A DNA stretch of 64,000 nucleotides from the human T2T-CHM13v2.0 reference genome, Homo sapiens: NCBI RefSeq assembly GCF_009914755.1, contig NC_060935.1, one strand, 5' to 3'. This document shows, piece by piece, positions 36,361 to 51,500 of the stretch; within the stretch, counting starts at the first letter, position 1, and every line of letters starts with the position of its first letter. The notes beneath the pieces were generated by a model that made no database searches, had not been told where the DNA came from, and saw nothing but the letters and a program-made list of their open reading frames with translations. Position numbers and translations under genes: made by a program.

Positions 36361-39300
36361 TGATACCAAAGACTTTACTCACTGCATATGTGAAATATTT
36401 TGAGATTTTCAGAATAAGAGCTCAGGGTTGCTAAGTGATTAAACATATACAATTAATTATTCCTGCCCTGGAAGACAAGAGTGTTACCATTAGCAGAAGT
36501 TTATTTTTGCAATTCCTCTGGCCTTCTGGTGTTCCCACATGCCTCCACCCCTTTTCCTAACGTATTGCTTGCCTGTTGTTTAAAGAAAACAAAAATTTAT
36601 TCTCAAACTTGTCCAAATAGAAATGAATTGCATTAAAAATAGTGAAAGCCATGGTGAAGGACTGAAAAAGTTGAGGAGTCAATGACATTTGCAGAGCCCC
36701 TGCTGTGCAACTTCCATGGGACTACCAGGACCGAGGCTATATTTTATTAATAAGATCTCAATTTGTAAGGGTCATTTTATTATCTCCGTATCCCCCATCC
36801 CACCTCATTTAGTTGGATGATCTAGAGAGAAAACAGCATTTCTACCTTCTTGCAATGGAAACAATAGGCTTTGCTTGTGCCACTTTTATTTTCCCACTGG
36901 GGAATCTGAGAGATGACCTGATTGAATTCCACCCGTAAAGGTCATGCTTTGAATTCAAGGCAGAGGAAAAAAAATGAAGAAAACATTTTGCAATGATACC
37001 CCACGAGTCCTGAGCATGCTGGGGCCTCTCCTGGTTGCATTGTGGTCTGCTGATAAGGATAACATTAATGACAAGTGGAACATTTCCAGGACAAAGGAAA
37101 TTCCCTGTTGTATTGTTTAAAGGAAGCCACCATCCACTAAGGAGAGCAAGGTTTGTGATGTAGGCACAGATTTCCCTGCAGGAGAGGCAGGGAGAGCTGC
37201 CAAGCTGCCTGTGAGTATGCCTGTCCTTAATTTCATCTGGGGAAGCATTTGCATGGTTAGAAGTCAATAAGGGGTCATGGCAGTTTATGGCATTGGTAGG
37301 GTTAGGAGCCAGACTGTTAGAAATGGAGGCACATTGGCTGGGGGAGTAAAAAGCCTGATTCATACAATGCAGCCCATTTAGGAATCATAGCAAAAGCACC
37401 AGGAGATTTAGAGAAGTTGATCTGGTTTTGAGTTTAAATTCTGGACCTCCTTCTCTCCCCACCCCCTCCAAGACAAAATGTCAGAAAAGGGCCTGGTTTC
37501 CCTTTATGGAGTGCAAAATAAACAGATCCTCAGCAGCAGGAGAGGGGCCCAGTTCCCCAGCCCATAATGCCAGAGCTGGCGGTGGGGGTGCTGTGGGGAA
37601 AAGCAGTTATTCTTCTGTCTGGTTAGTATTTGGCATTGACTTTCATTTTCTCCAACCTCTGTTTTCTAGAAGCCTGCCTGTACGGGAAGTACAGGAATAA
37701 AGAGAAGCTGATCGTGGGGGTTTTCTTGCCAGACTTCAAAGGAGGTGGATTTTTGATTTTTGATAGTTTGGAGAGCTAGTTCCAAAAGTAAAAGCTGCTT
37801 TGGGGACTTGAACCTAGACACTGGGATCTTAGCCGTGTGCCCATCAGAGCCGCTGCTCTGCTCCTGATGGAATGGAGTGCTCTGGGCTTCCCACTCTCCT
37901 CTCCCAGTCCAGGAGGGCTGGAGCTCTGGGCATCTCAGGGTCAGCTGCGGTGAGCCTGGCCACAGGGCTCTGCATTCCTTCTGGGCTTTGCTTGGTTTGA
38001 GTGGGTGTGACCGCCAGTTTACTCTGGAGAAAACTGAGACAAAGAGTCTAAATTGGGCAGGATCTTGAATCTAATGACTTGTTTACAGACCCTGTACTTT
38101 TTCCAGTGCAGGGAGGAGGAAGAAGGCAGGGCATGCTCGTCACTGTGGGCATGGGCACATTGCTGTTTTCATCCTAAGGAGGTAGGACAGCTTCAGAAAG
38201 CAGCAGGGCATCTGCCTGGCAGCCAGCAGGCAAAGTGGCATGCTGTGTAATTTTCCAAGGTAGGGAGGAAGCAGTGGCGGCTTCTGCTTGGTCCTACCGG
38301 CTTGGCTTCCGGGGCACACGCTGCTCTGGGGAGAATGCCTGACCCTGCCACATGAAAGGCCTTGCTTCCTCCCACTTCAGCTTCAAGCGATGGGGAGATT
38401 ACCCTCCTCACCCCTGCTCCAAGTGCATCACAACCCAGAGCACCCAGCCAAGAATGCACACCTGTGATGGGGCTAAGGAGGCCTCACTGGACCTGTGTAA
38501 GGAGAGAGGAGATTCCCAGGAGGACCTCACTAATAGAAAAGCACACGCATGATGGTTTTGCTATCGTGTGACATTTATTTCATACTTGCTACCTGTAAGA
38601 AATTCCTTGAAAACGAAATAGTATATGGCAAGATTTAAGGACTTGCTCTTCCAGATTCTGGAGGTCCTTCTGGAGCCCAGGGATGCTGTTTCTAAGGCAT
38701 GTAGGTGCTGAGGGTCTACCCCAAAGGGTAGTTTGGGACTGCAGGGCAGGCAGGAAGTGCCTTTGTTTGTGTGCATGCCAGGCGGTTTATAAACATCCCC
38801 TTTACTTCCCTTGCCAACCCAGGAGTATATATTGCAATTACCACATTCTGATGAGGAAACTGAGGCTCAGAGAAGTTAAATCATTCACTCCAGGCCATAC
38901 ATCTGCTAAATGTGTCATGCTACATCCACTTTGCACCTAGTTTGAACAGGTTTACAAAGCAAGTCAGTAACCCCTGCATGCCTGGGTGCCTGAAGTTGAA
39001 AAGGGGTGGCTCTAAGATGTGGTCTACTACCTCTCCTGGACTGTTGCAGTTGGGTGTGGCTGATTTGAAATTGTGCTTCAAAAGAATGAGTTCTAGTCCC
39101 TGAATAGAGGAGCTCACACCACAGTGCACTGTAGATCTTTGTGATCCAGAAGTCCTCCAGATGTTCCCAAAAGGATCTCTAAGGTGTTGCTGGGGATGTT
39201 GTGTGTATAGGGAGTGTTCCCTTGGGGGCCTCTGAGCCCTCCTGGCAGAGAAGCCTCATAGATAATGGCATCCCCAGAAAACTCTACACTTGGAATGGGA

Positions 39301-40570
39301 CCCAAATTAAATACAGCACCAGCAAGACTAACTGAGCCACTACCTGGAATATGTCAAGATACAGCAACTAACACTTACTTTATGTTTGTCATTTGCAAAC
39401 CCTATCATGTCCGTTAATCCATTCAAATGCTGAGAGGTAGGCAGGGCAGCTATTATGATTCAAAAAAGAGGCCACATCTTTGTGGATTTGGGTTCTAATC
39501 CCAGCTCCTGCCGTCACTAGATGTGTGTGGTCTGAGCAAATCCTTCCACTTCTCCTAACCTTAGTTTCCTCATCTGCAACATGAGAAACTTGCTTTCCAA
39601 AGTGCCTCAAGCTATGGGAGTGGGGATACGGGAATGAGTCTCCCCAACATTCAGAGGCTCCCCCAGAGCTGGCAGCCCAAGGCACACCACTAAGTGCCAC
39701 TGCCTTCTCCTCCCCTCTGCTGGCCGGATACTGACCAATGGAGAAACCAGGACTGGGGCGGGAAGGAGTAGGTGGTAAGATTCTTTTTCACTTGTTTCCT
39801 GCACCTGGAGACAACAGCAAGACCATTATTTGGATGAGTTATTGTTTAGAGTTTTGTTTGTTTTGGTTTGGGTTTTTTTAGCTTTATGAAAAGAAATGCC
39901 TATTTTTCAAATTTCAATTGTTCCTTTCTACTGCCTGTCCAAGCTCACTACTTTTCAAGAGGCCAATCCCTGGGTAAATCTTAGTGAATAGCAGTCGACT
40001 GTGTTATTTATCTGTGCCCCATGCTGGAGGTGCAGACTCGGTGAGACCAGCAGAGCAGCTGAGGTTAGACTCAGTGGAAAATCCAGAAGTGCAGATGTGG
40101 ATCCAAATTGGGCTGAAAAAATCTCATGAGATCAGGCTTTCTTGGACTTCCTGCTTTTAGCCTAAGCACTATGTTCAACATAAACGAACTTTCGGTATTT
40201 TGAAACTTCCGTTTCTGATCTCAGAACCTGGAAGTAAAGAGCTGTTGTGAACATTTCCACAAATTTTGTCATGGTTATTCTGGAGGCAGAGTTGAACCCT
40301 GTAATTACGGAGCTTTGGGACTCACTACACCCACAGTGGCCTGCCTGGATTGCAGTATGGGAGAGGGGAAGGCATTTTGGTGGAGAGTCCAGGCTTTGGA
40401 GACAGGCAGGACCCTGTTCAAATTCTAGCTCTGCCATTTCCGGCCATGTGACTGGACCTGTCAGAGTCTCAGTTTCCTCATCAGTTAGATTAAAAAAAAA
40501 AAAAAACAGTTCGTAATGTTGTGAGGACAAAATGGTCTGCGTGTGTGTGTACTCTTTCTCCCCTTTTCCC

Positions 40571-40598
<28 letters not shown>
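40571..40598 (+). repeat. (GT)n microsatellite
   Basis: Visible in sequence. Confidence 0.95.
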
Positions 40599-40603
<5 letters not shown>

Positions 40604-43600
40604 CTGTAATATTTATTTACTTATAGCTTGAATAAGTTCCCCTGGGAGTCTCAGGCTGCCTGCCTCTGATAGATGTGACATTGTGAAGTTGCTGAAATCC
40701 ACCTAATTAGCTGTCAAAGAGTGCATTATACAAAGACAGCGAGGGCTCTGCATTCAGTCTAAGCTCTAAGGACTGGCATGATCTCTGGTGGACTTGAAGG
40801 GCAACGGAGACTTACTGCAAATTTTGGGAGCTGAATTACATTCATCCCGTCTACTCATGTTTCTGGGGCCTCATTTGCTTTCCTGGGACAAGCAAGGGCA
40901 AGGCGCTGGGCAGGTCAGTGCTGTGAGAAAGCAAGGTGCTCCAGCAGCATGGAGTCACCGGCTGAAATGGACAAGAGCTATGCAGGGCAAGGAAAAAGGG
41001 AGGAGAGGGAGTCAGGGCCATGGGAGACAAGGGACATGGAAAACCCACCCAAGGCTGCTGAGAAACAGGACTAAGTTAGTAAGCCCATCCTGCAGGTGCT
41101 ACTACTTCTTCTCTGTTTCTTGGCTTACTTTTTTTTAAAACTCATTACGTGCATCGTTTAAGTTCTTTAAAATAATGATTGCAGAAGTGTCACTTCATCC
41201 TTGTATAAAATTTAAAACGTATAGAAAATTTCAAAATAAGAATGTAAAAGCACCCATAGTCTCACAATACAGAAAGCAGCCGATTCATATTTTGGTGCCC
41301 TTCCTTCCGGTCTTTATAATGCAAATATATAGACATATATGTATTATTTTATCTAGCCAGAATCATATTGCTTTGTAACCTCCTTTTATTCTCTTTATAT
41401 TAAATTACGGCCATGTTCCTGTATCATTAAATATTACACTATATCACTACTTCTGATGGAAGTACAGCAAACCACTAAACACGGAAGTCAAGTCCTGGGC
41501 TCTGGAATAGTATATATTATTTTAGTTATGCCCAGCTTCTGGACCTGGGATGGCATTTTGTAACAGACGCAGCCTTATCTCTTTTGTATTTTCATAAAAT
41601 CTTCAGTATAGGCTCTAAAAAGGAGCCCACGTGAAATGCTGAAAAGACGATGTTTAAAAAGTCACAAAGTCCCCCTAGAGTCATAAAACCAGAAACACTG
41701 GGGGGTGGGGAGGCCAAGCCGGGCCTTCGCTCACCTCCTTGTGCCTCTTAATGCAGCCCAGATGGAAGCCCGTCCAAGACCGGATTGCAGGCAAGCCCAG
41801 GGCCCGATCTGATAGCACAAAGACACCCACAACTCTGAATTTCCTGCTACCAGGAGGCCTCTTTTTGCATAGGCTGTCTGATTTACACATACGTGGAAAG
41901 CAGCCACTAATAATAGAAGGGTTGCCTCTTTTCTTCCGTTGTCAGACTCCGCGGGCCCTGCTCAGTGACTCCCGCGTCTCCAAGCAGCTGCCTGCCTCTC
42001 TTTCTGCCCCTCACAGCAACAGGGTCAGCCGGGCTCCTTGTAAGAAAGAGGCCAGGCCCTCTGCGCCTTCTCTGTGTGTGGCGGAGGTGGGGAAGGTGCT
42101 TTCTGAGGGCTCTTTGTCTGGCGAGCAAGCCGGACCTCTGTGCAACAGAAGCCGCCTCTGGCCACCCCCGGCCCTTCCCCCTCCACCCAGTCAAGTTCTG
42201 CACAGCCAGTGTTTTCTCCTCCAGCCCCAGCTAACCTGAGCTCTCTCAACTAATCCAGAGAAGCTTCTGGAGAATCTGTCCTTGCCAACTAGGGGCTGGC
42301 AAGTTCGTGAGAGAGAATTAATTCTCTGTGAGCCCCTTAAGACTAGTAACTATGTGGAGCTCACCCCTGTAGGATGCACCACAGACAGCTGGAATGGTCA
42401 AGCCCTTCAGGGATGCCTTCTTCTGCTGCCTTGATTCACATGGTGCCATCCACTCAATCATTCATTCATTCCGCCAGCCTGTACTTGGCACCTCCTATTC
42501 TCAGCACGGTGTAGAATATAGGGATGGAAGAATGGAGGCGAAGACAGACGAGGTCCCTGCTGTCACAGAAGAAACAAAGAATAAAAAGAGAAGAAACTAG
42601 AATTGAAGAGTCTGTGGTGGGGATTGCAGGGGAGATGCCTGTCAAGTTATAAAAGGCCCTAATACATTTTTGCTTTATGTTTGAAATTGTGACCCTGTCC
42701 TTAGCCTATTCCCAACCAGCCTCAAGCATGGTTCAGTCTCACAGTCCAGCTGCTGAGCTGTAGAGAGACCATCTCTTTATACAAGATCAATTATGGGTGC
42801 AAGAGCATGCCTGGCTCAAGCACACAGACCCACAGACCCTTGTGGTCAGGGAGTTCCTACATGAACCCAAACCTTTGGGGGCTGGGATGTTTACTCTTGG
42901 CACGCTGGGATTTCCTGTTTCTAAGAAAATGGGCCTAGATGCTCAGCTACATTAACCAAACAACATGTTGACACAAATGAATCTGAAGCTTGCCCGCTCC
43001 AGGCTCTCTAGAAGGTCAGGTTTGGGAATGAAGGCATTTGGGTGACTTTCCAAACTCTGAATCCCAAGCCCAGTGACTCAGGCCAGGTATTAATTTGAGG
43101 GATCTGCTTCCCTCCTCTTCCTGCCTAAGAAGGCCCCACTAAGTGGCTAGAGTCAGAGGCTCCCTGGTCATCTTGAGTAGTGGGAATGCTTCTCCTGTCT
43201 GTCTGCAGCTGGTCTTAGAGGGAGGCAGCCCAGGTAGTATGGTAGGATGCTCCAAAAGACCCACCCCGCAGAAACCTCCATCACGTTTCTGTCTGCCTGA
43301 AATCCTTGCCATGGGTTCACTCCTTTGAACGTCCAGGAGGTTCATGTAAAAATGTAAAAGTTACCCCCTGACGTGACTTAACCATATGACATTTGACACA
43401 CGACTATATGACATTTACTATATGGCTGAGCCTAGCAAGGTCCTGGGAATATGGAAAACCTGAAACATTTTGACAGGGTATGGAGGAGAGGAAGGGGAGA
43501 AAGCAGAGGAAAAGCTGACAAGGTCAAGGGATGCTTCTCGGAGAAGGGAGAAGGGCAGGAGGAGGATGTTCAGGCAAGGAGCAGAGCAGCCTGGAGATGC

Positions 43601-44081
43601 CAGTTTGGTGATTATGGACACCTTGGCTGCTTAGCCAGAGGTGGCCCTCACAATGCCATTCCTGCTGTGCCCACTGCCCAGAGTGCCAGCAAACACTGCA
43701 GGATTTGCTTGCTCAGACTTCAGGCAATGCAGCTTTGTCTGCTGGGGAGAATCTTACCATTTTTAACCTGTATTTGAACCAAGAGATTTGCGTGACCTCC
43801 ACAGGAAAGTGCAACTATCTTCCAAAAATGTATAAATTATCAAAGATGTATTCTATAACAAAAATGACAGTCCTTGAGATGTGGTGGATTAATATTGCTA
43901 GATCAGGAGCTACTCAGATGAGGTAAAGTCCCTTTGGGAAAGCGCAGAGCCTGGGGAATGAGGGATGGAGGCCAGTGTGCAGAAAAGCCGTGCGGAAACA
44001 CCTCGTGCAGTCATTCTCCTATCGAGCTCTGGGAACCGCGGGGTGGGGGAGAATCCAAACAATCGGGAGGAAAAATATCCC

Positions 44082-44422
44082 TGTTCTAGCTGTTCAGGCT
44101 GCTGTAATGGAGTCCCATAACTGGGTGGCTCATCAACAGTGAATGCTTATCTCTCACAGTTCTGGAGGCCAGGAGTCTGAGATCAGAGTGCCAGCATGAT
44201 CGGGTTCTAGTGAGGGCTGTCTTCCTCACTGTGTATCTGCGTGGTAGAAAGAGGGCAAGCTAGCTCTCTTGGGTCCTCTTTATTAGGGTACTAATCCCGC
44301 TCTGAAGGCTCCACCTCCACGATCAAATCACCCCCTGAAGATCCCACCTCCTATACCATCACATTGTCCGTTAGGATTTAATGTATGAGTCTGGGGAGGG
44401 ACACAAACACTCACTCCATAAC
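44082..44422 (-). mobile_element. MLT1A-like MaLR solo LTR
   Basis: ctcacagttctggaggccaggagtctgagatc...gggacacaaacactcactccataaca. Confidence 0.82.
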
Positions 44423-45132
44423 AACATGACAGCTGGCACCATGGCACAATTAAAGAGAAGAGAGGAGCAAGTGGGGGCTCAGGCAGTGTAGGCGGGATGG
44501 AAGCTCCCTGTGGGCTTGGACTCATGTAGGAGGGCTTCATGGAGGAGGTACATTGTGGTGCAGGAAGGCCCATCTCCATGGGTGTCTACGTCTCCAGGTG
44601 ATGAGTCAATGTCTTTGCAAACATCAGAAACCCAAGAAGCATGGTGAGCAGGAACACTATGGGTAATCTTAGGAAATTTGTGCACAAGGATGGAGACATT
44701 CCAGAAAAAGAAATAAAAGAGGTGCATTCCTGCTGCCATATATGTGCTGAGCCCCATGAAGCAGTGACATATGGGAAAGAAAGGGGAAGAAGGAGGATAA
44801 GTATAGAAAAACCCTGCTTGAGATTCCAAAAGTAGATCAATGCAACCCATTTGTTCTTTCATTAATGTAATCATCCTTTATTGAATACCTACTATCCTGG
44901 GCAGTGTGCCAAATTGAGAATGCAATTATGCATAAGACATGGTCCCTGTCTTTGATGAATTTAAGATCCTCTGAAGGAAAGAGGTGTAAATGAACACTCA
45001 CACTAAAAACAAGTGCTTTCATGGTGCTAGGTGCAAAACATCACAAAAACCCAACCACAGGAGCAACCAGCTCTACTGGAAAGACCCAACAGAGTCAGGA
45101 ACAGATTTATAGAGGAGGAGGAACAATGGAGT

Positions 45133-45524
<392 letters not shown>

Positions 45525-46834
45525 TGAACATGGGATGGTGCCAGGCCAGTGAGAGTGCCACGGATATGGGGCAGCAGGTGAGGAGGCAGGACACAGGTGA
45601 GGCCTGACCCCAGAAAGCCTATTGTGCCAGGCTATAGGGAATTTGGGTTTTCTGTTGTCAATGATGGGAAAATCAGTGCAGGTTTCCAGAAGAGGATGTG
45701 ACAACTCACATTTTGTTCAATTGAGTTAAATAAGCACTTATAGAGTGTCTACCACATGCAGAACACTCACTGAATCGAGTATGGATGATACAAAGAAAAA
45801 TCTATCCCAAGCCCTCCTGCCTACACTGCCTGAGCCTCATGGGACCCTAAATAAGTTTGGTAAGGAATGAGTGGTGAGAAAGGGTGAGGAGAAACAAGAG
45901 CACACATCGTCTTGATACGGGATCTAAATGGGTGCATGGTTCTAGGAGAGGCACAAGGGTTTATGGAGGTAGAGATTCCCAGTGTCCCAGATTTGTTTCT
46001 TCACTCTCAGGTCAAAGCAGGCCTTATTTAGGAGGCCCAGTCATTCCTCATTTCCCTTCCTTGGTAATATCACTACGATTCTCTCTCCTCCCACTGGCCA
46101 AAGTGTTTGATTAAGCCTGCAGAGAATGATGGGGTTCAGTAAGAATGCCAGCAAAGAGATGGCATAAAAGCCACCCAGAATGGGGCTGACAGCGTGGCCT
46201 CTTGATAGTCCCCCATGCTCTGTCCAGGGGGAGGATGCTAGGCTGAGACTCTAGGTGTTCTCGTAGTTTCGATAAAAACTATAATTGACCACCACAAGTA
46301 CCAGTGGATGTGTGAGGGTGAGGGGAGAGCTGAAGATGAGTAGTTTGTTCTGATTTCAGTTTATTTTGGGCTCTTCTAGCCTCAAGTCTGTGTTCAGCTA
46401 AAGATATATGGCTGCATAGGCAAAGGGACCTGTTAGGTGAGCCTGAAGGTGATTCTTGCATAATTCTCAGAAACTCAATCAAGGTCTTCCTGTATCTCCC
46501 GCTTCCTCCCCTTTCTCCTGCCTCCAACCTGCACATGTCAGTGCATCCACATGCACACACATTCAAGCAGGACATAAGGCGGCCGGCCGGTCCACTTCAG
46601 ATCATAACCAAAAGTCTTGGCCCCTCACCACTCACCTGTCAGCCTCAGGCAGCCAGGGACCCAGCATGGGAGGCACACCTCATGAGAACTACCCCAATGC
46701 TCAAGTGCCCGCAAATGCCCACAAACCCTTAAATGTGTCTAGGAACCTTTCACCAACTGAAGCCTGACTGCAAGATGAAGGAAGGACCTTTGGAATGTAA
46801 TAAATGATTTCTAAAAAGACATCTCATCATCCTT

Positions 46835-46842
<8 letters not shown>

Positions 46843-46894
<52 letters not shown>
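46843..46894 (+). repeat. (CT)n(GT)n compound microsatellite
   Basis: Visible in sequence. Confidence 0.92.
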
Positions 46895-46895
<1 letters not shown>

Positions 46896-48319
46896 CTGAG
46901 TTGCCTCAGGGCTGGTGGTTTCAAAACTAGCAGCTGCAAACTTATGAAGGGAAAAAAAAACCCAAACCACAAAACCCCGTCTTGTGAAAACTGTGTGCCA
47001 GTCTAAAAGTGGCAGTCCGTGCAGGAGAAAAAGCCTGTCAACGTTCAGGGCAGAAGCAGGCAGTGTGAGATCACAGCTGGCTCTTGACAGTGAGGAGGAA
47101 TTCAAATGTGTCCTGGGCATGGGGACAGTAGGGGACAAGGACAAGGCAGAAGAGAAGCCGGAGGGGACTGAGGAGTCCAGATCCTGGCTGGCCAGGGGAG
47201 GCCTCTCTGGAATGGCTCCGTGCTTCAGCTGAGCCCTCTGAAAAATTCAGCTTCCCAGATGCAAATCAGACCAGCTGCTACTATCACATTACTGAGTCTT
47301 CTTCCAGAACCCCCGAGGTCCGGTCTCCCCTCTCCATCCACTCAGAAGCTTCTGAAGCATGACTGGCAGACATAAATCTCCCCCAACCGCTGGCTCAGCC
47401 CCCCTGCCCTCCCCTGAAGCTGACACCCACCCATGCTCCCCTGTGTAGGCTCACCTTTCAGAACACTCCCGATTACACATTAAGACGCTGCCCCAACCCA
47501 GCCCCAGACTCCTACTCTATGGCTAGTTTCAACCTACAACTCAATCCAGGGGTGCAGGGGGCTGGGGGTGCAACCGGGAAGCCCAAGGGAAGATCCACTT
47601 GGAGAGAATGAGGGTCCTGCCTGGCCCCAAGGCTGGACAGAGGAAATCCTCAGGTGTCATCAAAGATGAAGACTGGAGAAGGAGAGTTCCTGGAGGGACA
47701 CTAACCAGCCTGGCTATTTCTCCTGCCACCCTCCCACCCCCCTACCCCCACCCCCGCCTAAGCTCCATACCAATGGCCTCTGGCCAGAACAAAGTGGATA
47801 CTTGAGTCACTTGGCTAGATAGTTGGGCGGTGCCCTCTTTTGTATAGGAAAGGCAGGCCATCCATAGGCCCACAGACAGAGACAGAGGAGGCCAAGCCCC
47901 AGAGACCACAGTGGAACAAGTGTCTTGGGGTGCTTTGCCCATAGGTGCAGCTTAATGAAGGACAGCCAGAGGACACGGTTGTAAAAACAGGGCAGCAGAA
48001 ATCTATGTGAATATTATAAGTATTTGAGGAGAAGCAAAGTTAGTGAAGTGATCAAAACGGAATGGGGTTAATGACAGAACGCTTCAAGGAGGAAGTTAAG
48101 TTCTGAAGGAGGGGAGGGACAACGGCTGGGGCAGAGGGGGGAAGAGGAAGTGTGTTCTGCAGGGGAGGGTGCTGTGTCTTTGGGAAGGGCAATACTGATT
48201 GCATGGTGGCCCTGGGAGCTGTGCCACTCTTGAAGGTCCTGCCTGGCGTTAATATTTGGATATATTTTCAAAGAGGGAGAATCCTCTTCTGTATTAGTAA
48301 TAGGCATGTCCGTAGTTGA

Positions 48320-48540
48320 TAGAATGTAGATTTTGGAAGGAGCACACTTCGGAATCAGATCTGAGTTGAGATCTTAGCTCTGCCACTTATAAGCTGGGTA
48401 ACCTCCCAAGCCTCACCTTCCTGAACTATAAAATGAGGAAATTATTTCATAAGGCTATGGTGAGAATGAAACGAGATAACTTACGCAAAGTCCTTAGTTC
48501 CATACCTGGCAAACAGTAGCTCCTAAATCAATAATGGCTA
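48320..48540. mobile_element. MIR
   Basis: ggaatcagatctgagttgagatcttagctctgccacttataagctg...tataaaatgagg...gtgagaatgaaacgagataa. Representative of many MIR fragments (also about 19690, 21400, 25200, 30280, 38800, 39480, 40380, 51400, 59350, 59740). Confidence 0.8.
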
Positions 48541-51500
48541 GTATTATGTATATACTTTATAGCTTATGGATTAGAAAACCAGCGATAGCAAGCCACTTTA
48601 AGTCCTCAAGAGGAAGAGTGTAAGGAGTTGGGTGGTCTAGATGCTGATCTCAGCAAGTCAGGCCCTGTTTCAACCTTTCCGTGAGATGCAGGCAGCCAGG
48701 ACCTGGACAGAGCCCAAGGGCCAGGTCTAGAGTAGTGGTTGCGGAAAGGGCTGATGTATCAGCTTCAAAGGCTGACTTGCTGCAGCCCAAGACCTTGGTA
48801 CATAGATTTAAGTCCCATCTGATTGAGAAGGAGGTGCATTCAGCCACATGTGTTCATAAACACTTAACAACTGGCTCTCCAGGTTTGTGTAATTTGCACT
48901 TATTTCATGATGCCCAGCTTCAAGCTCCCACTGGGCATGCAGTTGAGAAGAGATGCGTGCAACTGGCTCTCAGGAACCTCATGAGCCAGTTCCAGCACAC
49001 CACTGCATCCAGCCACCCTGTCCCACAACCACAGCCCATCTCAGAGCAAAAGAGGCACCTGTCCTCTATGTCTGACCTAGCTTTGTCTAAGTGGAGAGGT
49101 AAGGAGTTAAAGCGGGGAGAAGAGCAGGCATTCCTGCTCTCTTCTCTGTCCCACACCGGCCAGAAGTAAAGCTTCCCTCCCTGACCCACTTCCCCTCAGG
49201 CCAGTTCCATACTGACTAGCAAGTTCATTTTCCTCACAAGCTGAAACAAAACAAAACACAAAACGTGGCCCTCTCCCTTGGGCCTTCAGCAGAGTAGCTC
49301 CGCTTTAAGAGGAATCACAGGGTGCAGCCCCAAATGCCATGGAGTCTGATAGTGCAGCAGGCCGGGGGCTAACGCTGTCTCCACCCAGCTCACCACGCAG
49401 GTGGAGCGGCCAGGACATGGGCATGCCTTGGCCTAGGCAGTGCACTTCCGGATTCCCTTTGGGAGGCAGCAGGGAGGGTCTGGCCTCATCCTTAATGAAC
49501 TATCTGGCAGAGGCTGTCACAGAACCATGGGACGCCAGAGCCAAAAAGAGCTTAGTAATCACCTGTGTGTCCCTTTGCTGCGCAATGAGGGTGCTGCGGC
49601 AGAGGCCGCACCTCTTAGCTGTGTCACCTCTGGAGCTGGACCGCCCTCTCTGGCCTGCTGCTGGTGGTGCTCCTGCGTGTTGACGCTTGGACACTTTTTG
49701 AACAACATTTCTTCCATAACTGCAGTGGCCCCTGTGAGTAAAATCTCCCTGAGGCAGGTTCTATGCCTTCTCTTGTCCATTCCCCTTGGGCACCCAGTAT
49801 GCCCTGAGTGTCCTTGTGACCAGAGCCACTCCTGTTTTGCAGTAAGGGAAGCCAAACAAGGAGCAGAGTCAAGGCAAACGTTCCAGTGCGTTCTGTATTG
49901 GGATTCTTCCCTTCAGGCACAGAAATTCTCATTTGCACTCCCCATTTGCCCTGGTGGGCATCCCAGCTGTACCTGAGTATCAGGTAAACCTGCCTTGGCT
50001 ACATCAAGTCCAGGGATATGATGAACCATCTAGAACTAACCACATTCAATTAGTCCCCTAGCCAAGGGTGGGGTGAAGGAAATGAGAGGAACCTACAACT
50101 TTTTGCAACCTCTACTCCAACCGCCAGAGACACACCCTTCTGCCTGATGTTCTTTGACTCAAGGAGTTGAGAACCACTTTGGGTCTACACAGATATGACA
50201 CAGCTACCCGTGTCTGCCTCGGTTTAGAAAGAGCTGGCTGAGCTCCTGCGTGAATCCTAAAGACAGGACGGTCATTTGAGTTTCAGCTGCAGGGATTCTT
50301 CTGCTAGGCACCTCTGCTTTGTAATCGGATGTGTACGAGGGCAACACAAAGGACTCCCAGCCCGGCTCTGCCAAGAGACTTTGTTGTGCTCCATGGTTCA
50401 AAGAAAAAAGGTAGGGGGAGAGATTAATGGAGCGAGAGGAGGCAAGCTTATTATATTTATCAACCATGTTCGCATTTCAAGTGCCCTGATTTATCTCACA
50501 GGTGGGAGGGAAGAACTGCTGGCAACCCTTCTCTCAGGGCTGTGAGTTTTGGAACAGGATTTCCTCTGCAAGTTGTCAAAGATCAGATAAAAGTCTTAAT
50601 CTCAGGCACACACAGCCACAGGCTTTGGCCTCTGCCACTGTGTGTTCAGCTTTCAGTGATGAGACTGAACAATGGTTGGCGATGCTTTGCATTTAAAGAG
50701 GTGGGAAAAGAAAAGGATCAGAGTGGAGGTATGTGAGGCATATGGCACTGCCCGGGGGAAACACGAGTGCACCAAGCAGGCTCCAGAATGAACTCAGGAC
50801 TCAGGACAACTGAGGTCCCCTTTTGCTCCCTTTGGTGTCCTTTTACCAGTCGTCATGTACACTAAATCAATGCACATACCTGTCACCCCTTTTTAAAAGG
50901 ATGGCAACCAGATCATTCACCTCTCCTTCCCCATTCCAAGAGCCCGGTTCTTGAGAACCAGGCTGGAAGAGCATGTCCCAGGTACTGGCTGGTGGGACTG
51001 TGGAGATGGGAAGCATTTTGACCTTGTTCTCCAGAATGATTTTTGCTAAAGAGATGCTTATTTTTTCAAAATGCAATTCTATAACTTTAATGCCTTTTCA
51101 GAACAGAAGAACTGCACCTTTTAGGCACCATGTTGATTAAGTGGCCCTGTGTTAGGGAGTGCTCTGAGGAAACTATGTTGATCTGGCATTTGACCTTGAA
51201 ACATTTCTAATATCAGAACACAAAGTTCATTCATGTTGCCAGAGCTAGCCAACTGAGTTAGCAAGGGAAGTTTCAGGAAACAGAAAAGTCGAAAATCTTG
51301 AAATCTGGATTCTTTCTGTTCTCAAGTCCCACTCTGATTTGTATATTATCACCACCTTGACTATGCCTACCTTGTATTGTGCATTTGTTAAGTGTGTACT
51401 GTGTTAAAAACTTTACTTATATCCTCTCATTCCATCCTCACAACCCTATTTTACAGATGAAAACTGGAATCTCAAAGAGGTTTCCTAATTGGCTGAGGTC

